Shown piece after piece: positions 48,067 to 57,221 of a stretch of 64,000 nucleotides of DNA. Source of the DNA: Giardia intestinalis (taxonomy: Eukaryota); the NCBI GenBank assembly GCA_000002435.2, contig CM018791.1. One strand, written 5' to 3'. A model generated the notes under the pieces. The model worked only from the letters and a program-made list of their open reading frames with translations. It did not search any database and was not told the origin of the DNA. The number at the start of each line of letters is the position of its first letter. Position 1 is the first letter of the stretch. A program made the position numbers and the translations under genes.

Positions 48067-50400
48067 CTAACTACGGGGCGGAGGGTCTCTAAAAGACACT
48101 TGCCTGGTGCCCTGCCGCCGATACGGCCGTTCAGAGCGCCCAGACAGCGGAGTGCGTGCCCTAGAGCTTCCTAGCTGTGGGGTCTGACATTGACTGTACG
48201 CCCGATAAAGGTCAGCAAACTCTTCCTTGTACGATCTGAGTTCTGAAGCCGGCTTTAAGGAGCTTGTTCCCTGGCTGCTAGCCCATTGTGAATCGACTAT
48301 GCTCCTCCTTGTCAGGTCCATGGTTGAGGCATGAGCGCTCATTCCCAGCGACATGCCCATAGTACCTTCTTCGGTCGGTTGCCTTGTGGACAGAGATGCA
48401 CCTACAGCTCTTATTGGTATGACGGCGTCTGCCTTTTTATTTGCTGCTTCTGGGATTGCTGCTGAAGGGCCTGTCTCCTGACCTTTGATGTCTTCAAAGT
48501 AGTTGCTTGTAAGGAAGAGAATACTATTTAACTTGGAGTTGAATGCCTCCCATGTCTCCTGAGCCATTTTCTCGTCTGCTAGCGTTGCCATCGTGTACAG
48601 ATCTTCAACAGATCGCAGTGCAGCCACATTTATCACTTCCCTACATTCGTTAATAGATGTATTCATTCTAGAGATATGCGTTGTGAGAAGGCTTTCGTTT
48701 GTTCTCAAATTCTCGACTCGAAGAGACATCGACGATAACTTTAGAATGTCCAGTAACATCTCCTGAAGCGATGTATTAGGAATCTCTTTAATTTGTGCCT
48801 TCAGAGCATCAACATCGCGAAATCTGGACTTACATTGCAGATCTAGATGGGATAGCAAGTCGCGCAGCTTGTGTATTTTAGCGTTAAGGTCTGATATTTT
48901 AGTGTTGTACTTGAGTAATCGCCCAGCAGAGCCCGGGCCCTTCATTACCCCCTTTTCGCACTGGGCACGTTCCACCTTTGCTATAGCCAGTTGATACTTC
49001 ACATCGAACAGCCGTTGCTTATTTAGGTTGACCTCCTGGATAAGCTTATAGACCTCCGCGCCGAAATCCTTAATTAGTCCGTGGAGAGACACAGAATCCA
49101 GGACAGTCGACCCCAAAATTTCAGGCTCATCTTGGGGGAGCTGGTCTTGCTTACTATCGCTTCTGGATGGCAGCGTGGTCTGGTGAATCATAGCCTGTAG
49201 TGTTGCAACCTCTTTCTTCAGCCGTTCATTCTCTAGCGTTAGCATCGAAACCCGATTGGCCAGCTCTGCTTTAGAATACACTGCGGACTTTATGTGCCGC
49301 GTCGCGTTGACCTTTATGGCCTTGGCTCTGCTGGCATACATTAGGGTGGAATAGGTATCATCAAAGTGGTATGCGGCCGGTGATACGTTTGCAATCATAA
49401 TTGTCTTGCTAGCACCGCCCAAGGAGTCCTTCAAAATGCGTGTAAGCTTGGAATTTCTATATGGAATGTACGTCGTGGTTTGAAGTGCAGCTGCAATATT
49501 TGCGTTAGATCGCTTATTGCTTGCTTGCACGAGTGCATTGATACAGCTCCCCAGGACCAGAAGGCTCTTGTTGATATTGATGCCTTCAATGAGCCTCTCT
49601 CCTGTCGCTGAGGTCTTCTTCGCCCGCTCGGAGCCAGCCAGATCTATCAGAGAAAGCTTGCTGATAAGCTCCTGCTGTGTGTCCATGCTTTTCTGCTCTA
49701 TGCGAAGCTGTAGAATGGCGTGCGAGCGCGAGCTCGTTGCATTTTCCGCAGTAGCCGCCTGCGTGCGTGCATGGGATGCCTTGTGAATGATCTGCAGAAC
49801 ATGATCGGAGCTATCTGGCTGGTGTTCTGTTAGATCGACAATGATTGTCTCGCTGCCTCTGTCCTGGAGCGCAAGGGTTTTTGCCGGCGTAGTGCTCAGG
49901 AGGTCGCGAACGTTCTCATTATAGATCTCAAAGTATGAAAGATAAACCGAAACTTGCCAATTCTGCGCCCTGCGAACTGCGATTTCTTCGTAAAGGTCTC
50001 GAAGAGTATTTTGGATGACTCCTGGCCCAGATGCATCCGAGCCAGACATTGTGTGAGACTTTCCTGCACCGGTGGCTCCGTAAGCAAAAATGGAGCAGTT
50101 GTAGCCGTCGAGAGCTGGCCGAATGAGACGCCGGCCTGTGTCCTCGTATATCTGTCGATTTGTGGACTCTGTGCCGAACACGTGACTGTACGAAAACATT
50201 GTGTCACGGTATCTGTGGGCGCCAGGGTTGTGCGCCGCTGTGTGGCGGGGCTTTGGGTCGAAGACGAGCCGCTCGGCGTCGACGACAGAGACGACGTCGC
50301 GGGTGTCTGCCTGGGCCAGTTCCTTGCTGTTGAAGGGACGGACCCGCACGACGACGTAAAACGAGCCGAGAGGGAAAGAGTCCGCTTCGGGGTCATCCAT
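48067..50400 (-). CDS. Kinesin motor protein, kinesin-8-like (777 aa from the first true ATG)
   Basis: N-terminal motor domain motifs are 'VVVRVRPFNSKE', P-loop 'GATGAGKSHTM', switch II 'DLAGSER' and 'GININKSLLVLGSCINAL' (kinesin-8 signature NINRSLLALGNCINAL). A coiled-coil tail follows. The ORF-track start at 50493 is a GTG, and that extension would run into the tRNA at 50519. The true ATG (MDDPEADS) is at 50398-50400. Confidence 0.85.
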   Translation of the reverse strand: MDDPEADSFPLGSFYVVVRVRPFNSKELAQADTRDVVSVVDAERLVFDPKPRHTAAHNPGAHRYRDTMFSYSHVFGTESTNRQIYEDTGRRLIRPALDGYNCSIFAYGATGAGKSHTMSGSDASGPGVIQNTLRDLYEEIAVRRAQNWQVSVYLSYFEIYNENVRDLLSTTPAKTLALQDRGSETIIVDLTEHQPDSSDHVLQIIHKASHARTQAATAENATSSRSHAILQLRIEQKSMDTQQELISKLSLIDLAGSERAKKTSATGERLIEGININKSLLVLGSCINALVQASNKRSNANIAAALQTTTYIPYRNSKLTRILKDSLGGASKTIMIANVSPAAYHFDDTYSTLMYASRAKAIKVNATRHIKSAVYSKAELANRVSMLTLENERLKKEVATLQAMIHQTTLPSRSDSKQDQLPQDEPEILGSTVLDSVSLHGLIKDFGAEVYKLIQEVNLNKQRLFDVKYQLAIAKVERAQCEKGVMKGPGSAGRLLKYNTKISDLNAKIHKLRDLLSHLDLQCKSRFRDVDALKAQIKEIPNTSLQEMLLDILKLSSMSLRVENLRTNESLLTTHISRMNTSINECREVINVAALRSVEDLYTMATLADEKMAQETWEAFNSKLNSILFLTSNYFEDIKGQETGPSAAIPEAANKKADAVIPIRAVGASLSTRQPTEEGTMGMSLGMSAHASTMDLTRRSIVDSQWASSQGTSSLKPASELRSYKEEFADLYRAYSQCQTPQLGSSRARTPLSGRSERPYRRQGTRQVSFRDPPPRS

Positions 50401-50518
50401 GGAGAAATTCGATTTTTCGATTTTGCAGGCCCGGGCCAGACCGCCACTCCCCACCCCGCAAACAGCCCCTTTGCAAGAAGGGATGGGGAGCACGTCTGCT
50501 GCTGTTTCTCCCCAGCGC

Positions 50519-50590
50519 GCCGGGATAGCTCAGTGGTAGAGCGTGGCACTCGTAATGCTAAGGTCGTGGGTTCAACTCCCGCTCTCGGCT
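50519..50590 (+). tRNA. tRNA-Thr (anticodon CGU), 72 nt
   Basis: Folded by hand. Acceptor GCCGGGA/TCTCGGC (one G-U pair); D-arm GCTC-AGTGGTA-GAGC; anticodon stem TGGCA/TGCTA with loop CTCGTAA (anticodon CGT preceded by U33, A37); 5-nt variable loop AGGTC; T-arm GTGGG-TTCAACT-CCCGC; discriminator T. It is followed directly by a TTTT run. Confidence 0.85.
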
Positions 50591-50594
50591 TTTA
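50590..50594 (+). terminator. Short T-tract (TTTT) immediately 3' of the tRNA, candidate Pol III terminator. It abuts the RFC stop codon.
   Basis: The sequence is ggcTTTTactca. The RFC ORF stop codon (TGA, minus strand) sits at 50596-50598. Confidence 0.45.
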
Positions 50595-50595
50595 C

Positions 50596-51561
50596 TCACC
50601 CGCCCGCAGCGTGCCGGCACAGCGCCGCCGAGAGTCCCGCGACCTGGCTCTCGAGCGTCGCCCCGAGCGCGAGCGCCTCCTCCACGAGCGCAAGGGCCCG
50701 CACCGCCTCGGCCTTCCGCCGCGGCTCCACTTCCGAGGCCATCAGGGCCCGGAACACACACTGGACCACGTCCTCGGCTGAGCATCCCGCAGCCAGACAA
50801 CCCTGGATCTGGCCATACTTCTCCACGTACGGCATCGGTCGCAAGAGTTCCCGTCCCAGGGCAGGATGCGGCTTCGCCACAAGCTTATAGACGTCATCCG
50901 CCGTGGCGAGCTCCTTCTCTGTCATGAGGTGGAGGCTCTGGAGGACGTTGATGGCCTGGCGCAGGTCCCCGTCGGTAACCGCATGTATAGCGGCAAGGGC
51001 CCCTGGGGCCATCTGCATCCCCTCTGCATCTGCAATCTTCTCAAGCATAAGGAGGCAGGATTCGCGGGGCACAGGAAGAAAGCGGAACGCACAGCACCGG
51101 CTCAAGATGGCGGGAAGAAGCTTCTCTGGATAGTTGCACAAGAGACAAAAGCGCGCGTGCTTGATAGAGGTTTCCATCAAGCGGCGCAACGAGGCCTGTG
51201 CGACGCTCGACATGTGATCGCACTCGTCCATGATCACGATTTTGAACTTAGTTGCAGACGAAGACTGCTGGCTCAGGACGCTCCCACTTGTCACAAAGCC
51301 CTTTACTGTCTGTCGGATCACATCAACGCCAGAGTCATCTGACGCGTTGAGCTCGAGGACATGAGTACTGACGGCGTCCCCGAAGAGCTCATTCATCAGA
51401 GCCTTAATAAGAGTGGTCTTCCCAGTCCCTGGCTTTCCATAAAAGATCATGTGCGGAAGACGGCCCTCGCGGATGAGCGCACGGATGGCGGCGATAATCA
51501 GCTCGTGCGACACAACGCCCTCCGTCGTGGAGGGTCGGTACTTCTCAACCCAAGGAATCAT
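50596..51561 (-). CDS. Replication factor C small subunit (RFC2-5 family AAA+ clamp-loader subunit), 321 aa
   Basis: 'PWVEKYRP', Walker A 'GKPGTGKTT', Walker B/DEAD-like 'VIMDECDHM', sensor 'LSRC' (SRC motif) and a C-terminal helical domain. True ATG at 51559-51561, preceded by TTTTAAAAC. The 3' half is about 70% GC. Confidence 0.9.
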   Translation of the reverse strand: MIPWVEKYRPSTTEGVVSHELIIAAIRALIREGRLPHMIFYGKPGTGKTTLIKALMNELFGDAVSTHVLELNASDDSGVDVIRQTVKGFVTSGSVLSQQSSSATKFKIVIMDECDHMSSVAQASLRRLMETSIKHARFCLLCNYPEKLLPAILSRCCAFRFLPVPRESCLLMLEKIADAEGMQMAPGALAAIHAVTDGDLRQAINVLQSLHLMTEKELATADDVYKLVAKPHPALGRELLRPMPYVEKYGQIQGCLAAGCSAEDVVQCVFRALMASEVEPRRKAEAVRALALVEEALALGATLESQVAGLSAALCRHAAGG

Positions 51562-51814
51562 TTACTGTTTTAAAACCTAGCATGCAGCCGCCTGCTATAG
51601 CTGCAAGTAGCAATTGTCCGTTGTATGCTGGCGATAATACCCGAAGGGCCGCCTATTCTGTTCGCTAGAAGTTCTTCATTGCACCGTAAGCACAGGGTAT
51701 GTTGACAAATCTTTGAGCTAAAAGTAATCTTGAGGTACAGGAAAGAGCTTGAAGAAATACAGTTAGTAGATGTGGTAACCATTTCCTTTCTGGCTCTCCT
51801 TGTCTTCTAAATAT

Positions 51815-54800
51815 CTAGCTATGTGCATTCATGCGATTCTTCTTTGCCGATTGACGCCTAGGTTTTGCACCCTGGACCTCAACGGACCCCAAATCTGCTT
51901 CAGCATCAACAAAGTTAACGTGCTGATAATGCGTCTTCCCCTCAAGAGCAGCTTGTGCATCGTTGGCATTACTCTCTGTTGCATAGTCCTCCGCGCGCTT
52001 TCCATCAGATTGGTAAAAGGTGCTCTCGCTCTCATAAAGAATAGAACAAGCGGGAGCAAAATTAAAGTTGGCTGCTATCATCAGAGCCGTGAGCCCAGCG
52101 CCGTATGAGCAAAGCTTGTTGCTGGTGAGTCCCGACTCATTCTTGTGGAGAAGCTCTATAATGTTAATATAATCTTGCCTTGTTCCACGTTTGGTCAGCA
52201 GCATTAGCTCAATTGTTTTCTGAGCAGCTGTTACGTTACTACCAGCAGAAGAGTGATACGGCGTTCCGAGCTCGCGGTCAGTATGTGTGTAGCAAACCTC
52301 GACAACGCCGCAGCTTGCAGCATGCATCAGGGCAGTGTACCCGTCCTTTCTTTGGGTGCATGCTTCAGATTGATAGAGGCTCTCTACAACCCCTACATAT
52401 CCATTTTGGGCTGCGATCATTAAAGCCGTGCGTCCGTAAATGTCACGCATCGTGACCTCCACGAATAGGGTCTCGATGAGAAATACAAGGTTGTAGTGCG
52501 ATGCCCACATGAGGGCCGTCCATCCTGCCTTGTCCTGCATCTGCTTTTCGTAGGGCAATAGTATGTGGACCATCTCAACATTCTTATTGATAACAGCCAA
52601 CATGAGTGCTGTAAGCCCAAGGTTGTCCTGTGCACCAGCCCACGTGAGCCTCTGATTAACCATATCAACGGATCCACTAATCACCGCCTCCATGAGAGGG
52701 GTTCGTCCCTGGAAGTTAGAGTCTTCCTGAATGTTTAACCGGAAAGACATTGTAGGATGAAACCCGTTAATAGTTGTCCCGCACCACCTGTCTGTTTCGG
52801 ATTCGGCCGGTGTCACATACGAATTGTCCCCAAGCAGCTCGTGGCCACTGGCCTTCGTATGAACAAACTGGTCATTCTGCTCCACTTGAGATCGCGCCTC
52901 GTGAAGCGTCCTCGAGGCTCCGTCGTGTGCCGGCCCCGTTCCCATAGTGTAATACTCACCCTCAGGGTTATTGAAAGAATTATCTTGATAGATGTTTTGA
53001 GACATGATATTCCGTGCTCGCATGGACATGGTTGTAGGCTCTCTGATTGAGGCACCCGCAAAGCTCATCATGCTTTTCTCGGTCTCGCTCATGGTTGAAT
53101 ACGCTCTCCGCATTGCAACAGCGTCTTCCATGCGCGTCTGGAACGAATTAACAGTGGGCTTTATGCGACTAGAGCGCATTACTGCGATGCTGCTTATGGT
53201 TTCGTTAGCCACTGGGTCACGGATAGCGTCATTGGATTGCCACGCATCATTGACTTGACTCCTTACTGATGCATCTTGCCCGACGCGAACAGAGTCTGTG
53301 TTAAAAGCAGGGTCTATGCGGACCGATTTAGTGCCACTTGAGGGGTTCACCTTTGGGTCCACGGGGACTATGCTGTAATCGTCACCGGTTTGCGGTATGT
53401 CGGCATCTCTGACCCGCGCCTGGTCGATAGAAATTTCGTTTTTTGCCTTTGCAATGGCCTCCTTGATACTCTCGCTAGTATCCACCCGTGAACCATTGTA
53501 GCTAGAGTGAATTGCAGGATGGGGACCCTGCTGGGCCGATGGCGGAGCAAGATTGGCCGGAGAGCCGTTATCGTAGTCTTCTCCATCGTGGAAAACCTCC
53601 CCATAGAAGTCTGTTTGATCCACACGCGGCGTTATAGACATATTGATGTCATTATTTCGAGGTGTATGGAGATGTCCACTATCGTCATGGTCGGAGTCAG
53701 AGATGGGCTGCATCTTGCTGAAGTTAATGTTATCTGCACCTACCAGCTCACCGTCATCATAGCAGTAAGTGTTTGAGCGATAGACTCCGTCGTGTGCACC
53801 ATGAAGCCCTCCCAGAGAGTCCGCCCTCATTGATCTACCCTTCAACGACTCGCGAGTGAAAAGCGAGCCATGGTCAGTCGCCGTCACAACGGGCTCGTTC
53901 TTAGTAGAGGCACTCCCTGGACGGGGTTCTGATACAGCATTTGGATAGGCATCCTGCAGTGATATAGATGAAGTTAGCTCATAGCCGTCTCCAAAGACAG
54001 GATTGTCTGGCACAGGGTTGCTAGAGTATCCATCCTCTTCGTTTTGTTCAGGAACGTCTCTAAGATTGGAACGATGGTGCAACTCGCTGCCTGGGATCTG
54101 CGGAAAGACCTGATTATCCCGTGAGTAAGATTGGTGAGAATCGGGGTGAAGAGAAAGATTGCTGGAACGGTTCATGGCCTGCTTAAACGTACCTGCATTG
54201 GGTGGAAGCCTAAAGTCGCTACTTTGCTGATCGTACTGCATCTGCTGACAAAAAACGTCACCATCGAGTGACGGCTGCCCGGTGAGAGACTGCGTAGAGG
54301 TCGTCGGAGAAGGTATTGATCCCTTGCTAGATTTCTTGTCCATACCGACGTGCTCGGGATCGTTTACGCCATGAATCCCAGAGTTGTTCAAGGAGGATAG
54401 CAGTGGAACAGTGGACAATGCGCTTTTGATCGCCGTGGTGGGTGTCTTGTGACTGAACTCCACTTGTTCGAAACTAACGCCGTTTGCAGAAGGATTGACA
54501 AGGTTGATTAAGTTCTTAGACAGTTCTGCATTGACTGCAATTGGTGGCTGCTCAAGCTGGGGAGGCACATACTTTGGGCTTGAACTGTGGGAGACGAGAC
54601 CAAGGTTGCGCATTGCTCTGATAATAAAGGGGTGCTCCATAAGCTCGTTAGACGTAGGACGATGGGCCATATCAAGCTGAAGAAATCTAGATATCAGAGA
54701 CTGAAGAGAATCAGAGTAGTTCGCCCCGGCGTCTCTCAAAGAGACATACTTACCGCTTGCAACATTGTCGGCAAGCTCGCTGGGCGTCCTGCCCCAGAAG

Positions 54801-55507
54801 CACGGCTGTCCAGTGCACATGTAGTAAATCACACACCCGAAGGACCATATGTCAGACTTCAAGGAGTAAGCCTCCTCGCCTGATAGCACCTCGGGGGCCA
54901 TAAATGCAAGGTCGAACAATGGGAAAGAAGAAAACATTACATCAACGGCTGTAGGAATGCTAAAATTGGAGATTTTGAGCTGATTGACGTTATTGAACAA
55001 GATGTTCCTAGGGGTGAGCCGTCTGTGCACGATTCGCCCAATTTGGACAATTTCTCCTTGCGAGTCCTTATAGCTCTTATTCCAGGGGCTGTGCAGATAG
55101 ATCAACGCATCGGTTATTTGCGCGATATAGTCCCATATGGCCGCCTCGCTGAGTCTTTTACCATTGCAGTACCCGTCTTCGACTACTGAGTAGAGGCTCC
55201 TTGGTAGATACTCCGTCACTAGGGTGAAGGTCGACTTGTAGGGAGCGTAGAAAATGTCATAAACCTTCATAAGAGTTGGGTGTTCTATATGCTTTAAAAT
55301 AAACGTCTGTCCGATAACCTCTGAGTGGTCTGCAGCAGAGGCGGCGTAGTATGCGACCTGCTTCCCGAGAAGCTTCATGGCCAGATGGGTATCGTGAAGC
55401 AGAAAAACAGTCTCTGCACCATCGCTATTAAGAACAGAGTCGACTGTGTATCTCTGAGGAAGATCCGGAGCAGCTTCGGGGATGTATCGATCACCTCTAG
55501 AAGGCAT
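51815..55507 (-). CDS. NEK-like protein kinase domain (predicted catalytically inactive) fused to C-terminal ankyrin repeats, 1230 aa
   Basis: N-terminal kinase fold with 'HLAMKLL' (VAIK-like Lys) and APE 'MAPEVL', plus subdomain IX 'DIWSFGCVIY'. The HRD motif is mutated to 'HRRLTPRN' and DFG to 'SNFS'. This points to a pseudokinase, as is common among Giardia NEKs. The C-terminal third carries TALMLAV / TALMWAS / TALMIAAQNG / TALMHAAS / TALMIAANF ankyrin units. Confidence 0.85.
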   Translation of the reverse strand: MPSRGDRYIPEAAPDLPQRYTVDSVLNSDGAETVFLLHDTHLAMKLLGKQVAYYAASAADHSEVIGQTFILKHIEHPTLMKVYDIFYAPYKSTFTLVTEYLPRSLYSVVEDGYCNGKRLSEAAIWDYIAQITDALIYLHSPWNKSYKDSQGEIVQIGRIVHRRLTPRNILFNNVNQLKISNFSIPTAVDVMFSSFPLFDLAFMAPEVLSGEEAYSLKSDIWSFGCVIYYMCTGQPCFWGRTPSELADNVASGKYVSLRDAGANYSDSLQSLISRFLQLDMAHRPTSNELMEHPFIIRAMRNLGLVSHSSSPKYVPPQLEQPPIAVNAELSKNLINLVNPSANGVSFEQVEFSHKTPTTAIKSALSTVPLLSSLNNSGIHGVNDPEHVGMDKKSSKGSIPSPTTSTQSLTGQPSLDGDVFCQQMQYDQQSSDFRLPPNAGTFKQAMNRSSNLSLHPDSHQSYSRDNQVFPQIPGSELHHRSNLRDVPEQNEEDGYSSNPVPDNPVFGDGYELTSSISLQDAYPNAVSEPRPGSASTKNEPVVTATDHGSLFTRESLKGRSMRADSLGGLHGAHDGVYRSNTYCYDDGELVGADNINFSKMQPISDSDHDDSGHLHTPRNNDINMSITPRVDQTDFYGEVFHDGEDYDNGSPANLAPPSAQQGPHPAIHSSYNGSRVDTSESIKEAIAKAKNEISIDQARVRDADIPQTGDDYSIVPVDPKVNPSSGTKSVRIDPAFNTDSVRVGQDASVRSQVNDAWQSNDAIRDPVANETISSIAVMRSSRIKPTVNSFQTRMEDAVAMRRAYSTMSETEKSMMSFAGASIREPTTMSMRARNIMSQNIYQDNSFNNPEGEYYTMGTGPAHDGASRTLHEARSQVEQNDQFVHTKASGHELLGDNSYVTPAESETDRWCGTTINGFHPTMSFRLNIQEDSNFQGRTPLMEAVISGSVDMVNQRLTWAGAQDNLGLTALMLAVINKNVEMVHILLPYEKQMQDKAGWTALMWASHYNLVFLIETLFVEVTMRDIYGRTALMIAAQNGYVGVVESLYQSEACTQRKDGYTALMHAASCGVVEVCYTHTDRELGTPYHSSAGSNVTAAQKTIELMLLTKRGTRQDYINIIELLHKNESGLTSNKLCSYGAGLTALMIAANFNFAPACSILYESESTFYQSDGKRAEDYATESNANDAQAALEGKTHYQHVNFVDAEADLGSVEVQGAKPRRQSAKKNRMNAHS

Positions 55508-55562
55508 GTAGACACCAATTACTCTCTTTTTAATTTCAATGTTTTCCAGATTTTAGCGGACA

Positions 55563-57194
55563 ATGGACACACGACTCATGGAGGCTGCACGTTCTGGCAG
55601 AGCTCTTCCGCCAGATTCTGAGATACAGAGAGATGCAGGCCAGCAAGATAAACACGGCTGGACAGCTCTTATGTACGCTGCCCAAAATGGACACACACAC
55701 ATCGTCAAACGCTTGGCTTCCCTTGAAAAGGGGATTCGCGATCATTCTGGACGGACAGCTCTGATGCATGGTGTTTCTAGCGGTATGCAAGAGGTAGCAG
55801 AGCTCCTGATTGCACATGAAGCAGCCGTCGCTGATAATACTGGGCGCACAGCTCTAATGATCTCTGCAAAACAAAAGCGTGTCGGCTTATGCTCTCTCTT
55901 AGCTCCCTTAGAGGCAGGGATTCAGGACCAGGCCGGCTGGACAGCTATGATGCACGCTCTTGATAGCCGGTTCGATGACATCGGCCAATCTCTTTGGGGC
56001 GATGACGGTGGTGCAGCTGTTGAAGAAATCTGTAAGATTCTAGTTTCAGCAGAGGTCGGAAAGTCGGCCGTTAATGGAATGACGGCTCTCATGCTTGCTG
56101 CAGAAGCTGGATATGAACACGTGTGCCGCCTGCTCATAGAAAAGGAAGCGGGGCGTAGCACTGCTTCGGGCATGACAGCAATGATGCTAGCTGCGCAGTA
56201 TGGCAGCCACCGCATAGTGCGAATGCTCTTGGCAAGAGAGGTTGGGCTTATCACTCAGGAAGGAAAGACAGCACTCATGTGTGCGGCAGAGTTTGGACAT
56301 TTCGAATGTTGCAAGTTGCTCCTCGGGGGCGAGGGGCTCATCCATACCCAGGATCATGTGACAGCCCTCATGTACGCTGCTCGGAGTGGACACCTGGCAG
56401 TAGTGAAGCTTTTACTGCCTCTGCAGCAGGGCATTGTAAGTGACACTGGCCTGACTGCCTACCTCTGCGCAGAAGAGGCTGGAAACTCAGATTGTGCAGA
56501 GGTATTGCGGCCATTAGAAACTACTGAGGCGGTCCGCTCTCTTATCCTGCAGTCCACCGCTGGTATCAATCTAAAGACACCTGAAGGACTTACAATCGCC
56601 GATCGCTCGCTCTTGCTGAATGATCTTACAGAGACTCGGCTTAAGAAAACAGGAACACGTGCAGGAGGGATACTACAGTGCGAACTTGTAGAGAAGGAGC
56701 GGACAATCGGTATTCTCACGAAGCAGCTCAAAAGGGAAAGAATCGCCTCTGAAAAGCTAGAGAACTTGGTCCGATCTTGCAAAGAAGAAATCCGCCAGCT
56801 CCAGCAACAACTGCAAGTCCAGGGTGATGAGGTCGAAGCCCTTACACGCCAAGCTGCTGCTTTGCCTGACCACTTTGGTAGAGATGCTGCGAAAGCACAC
56901 ACCTGCCTGCCGATCCAGCCCAGCGATCTTGCTTCTTTTGACATGGGTCAACTTGAAGAGCTGGATCGCCATCTTAGTGACTCGCTTGATACTGTAAGGA
57001 CAGCAAAGGTGACTCTTGCAGCTGGATCTCGCGCAAATGCCTGCCTTGTCTGCCTAGATAACCGTGCAACGATCTTCTATCTTCCTTGCCAACACATGGT
57101 CACCTGTCGGGAGTGTGAGGCCAAGCTCCGCGACAACCGCTGCCCGCTCTGTCGGGTAGTCATAGAGGCCTCCTATGTCGTATACACAAATTAG
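55563..57194 (+). CDS. Ankyrin-repeat, coiled-coil protein with C-terminal C3HC4 RING finger (IAP/MIB-type); predicted E3 ubiquitin ligase, 543 aa
   Basis: About 10 TALM-type ankyrin units, a coiled coil (EKERTIGILTKQLKRERIASEKLENLVRSCKEEIRQLQQQLQ) and a terminal 'CLVCLDNRATIFYLPCQHMVTCRECEAKLRDNRCPLCR', which closely matches the XIAP/MIB RING 'CKICMD...VFVPCGHLVTCKQCA....CPMC'. Confidence 0.85.
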   Translation: MDTRLMEAARSGRALPPDSEIQRDAGQQDKHGWTALMYAAQNGHTHIVKRLASLEKGIRDHSGRTALMHGVSSGMQEVAELLIAHEAAVADNTGRTALMISAKQKRVGLCSLLAPLEAGIQDQAGWTAMMHALDSRFDDIGQSLWGDDGGAAVEEICKILVSAEVGKSAVNGMTALMLAAEAGYEHVCRLLIEKEAGRSTASGMTAMMLAAQYGSHRIVRMLLAREVGLITQEGKTALMCAAEFGHFECCKLLLGGEGLIHTQDHVTALMYAARSGHLAVVKLLLPLQQGIVSDTGLTAYLCAEEAGNSDCAEVLRPLETTEAVRSLILQSTAGINLKTPEGLTIADRSLLLNDLTETRLKKTGTRAGGILQCELVEKERTIGILTKQLKRERIASEKLENLVRSCKEEIRQLQQQLQVQGDEVEALTRQAAALPDHFGRDAAKAHTCLPIQPSDLASFDMGQLEELDRHLSDSLDTVRTAKVTLAAGSRANACLVCLDNRATIFYLPCQHMVTCRECEAKLRDNRCPLCRVVIEASYVVYTN

Positions 57195-57221
57195 CAACGA
57201 TTCACTAGCATATCCCGAGGG

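Noticed and set aside
49896-50890. A cluster of long overlapping ORFs in four frames around the tRNA (49896-50549 minus, 49954-50781 plus, 50543-50890 plus, 50558-50800 minus)
   Set aside because: They are a by-product of the locally very high GC content, where stop codons are rare. They overlap the well-supported kinesin and RFC genes and the tRNA.
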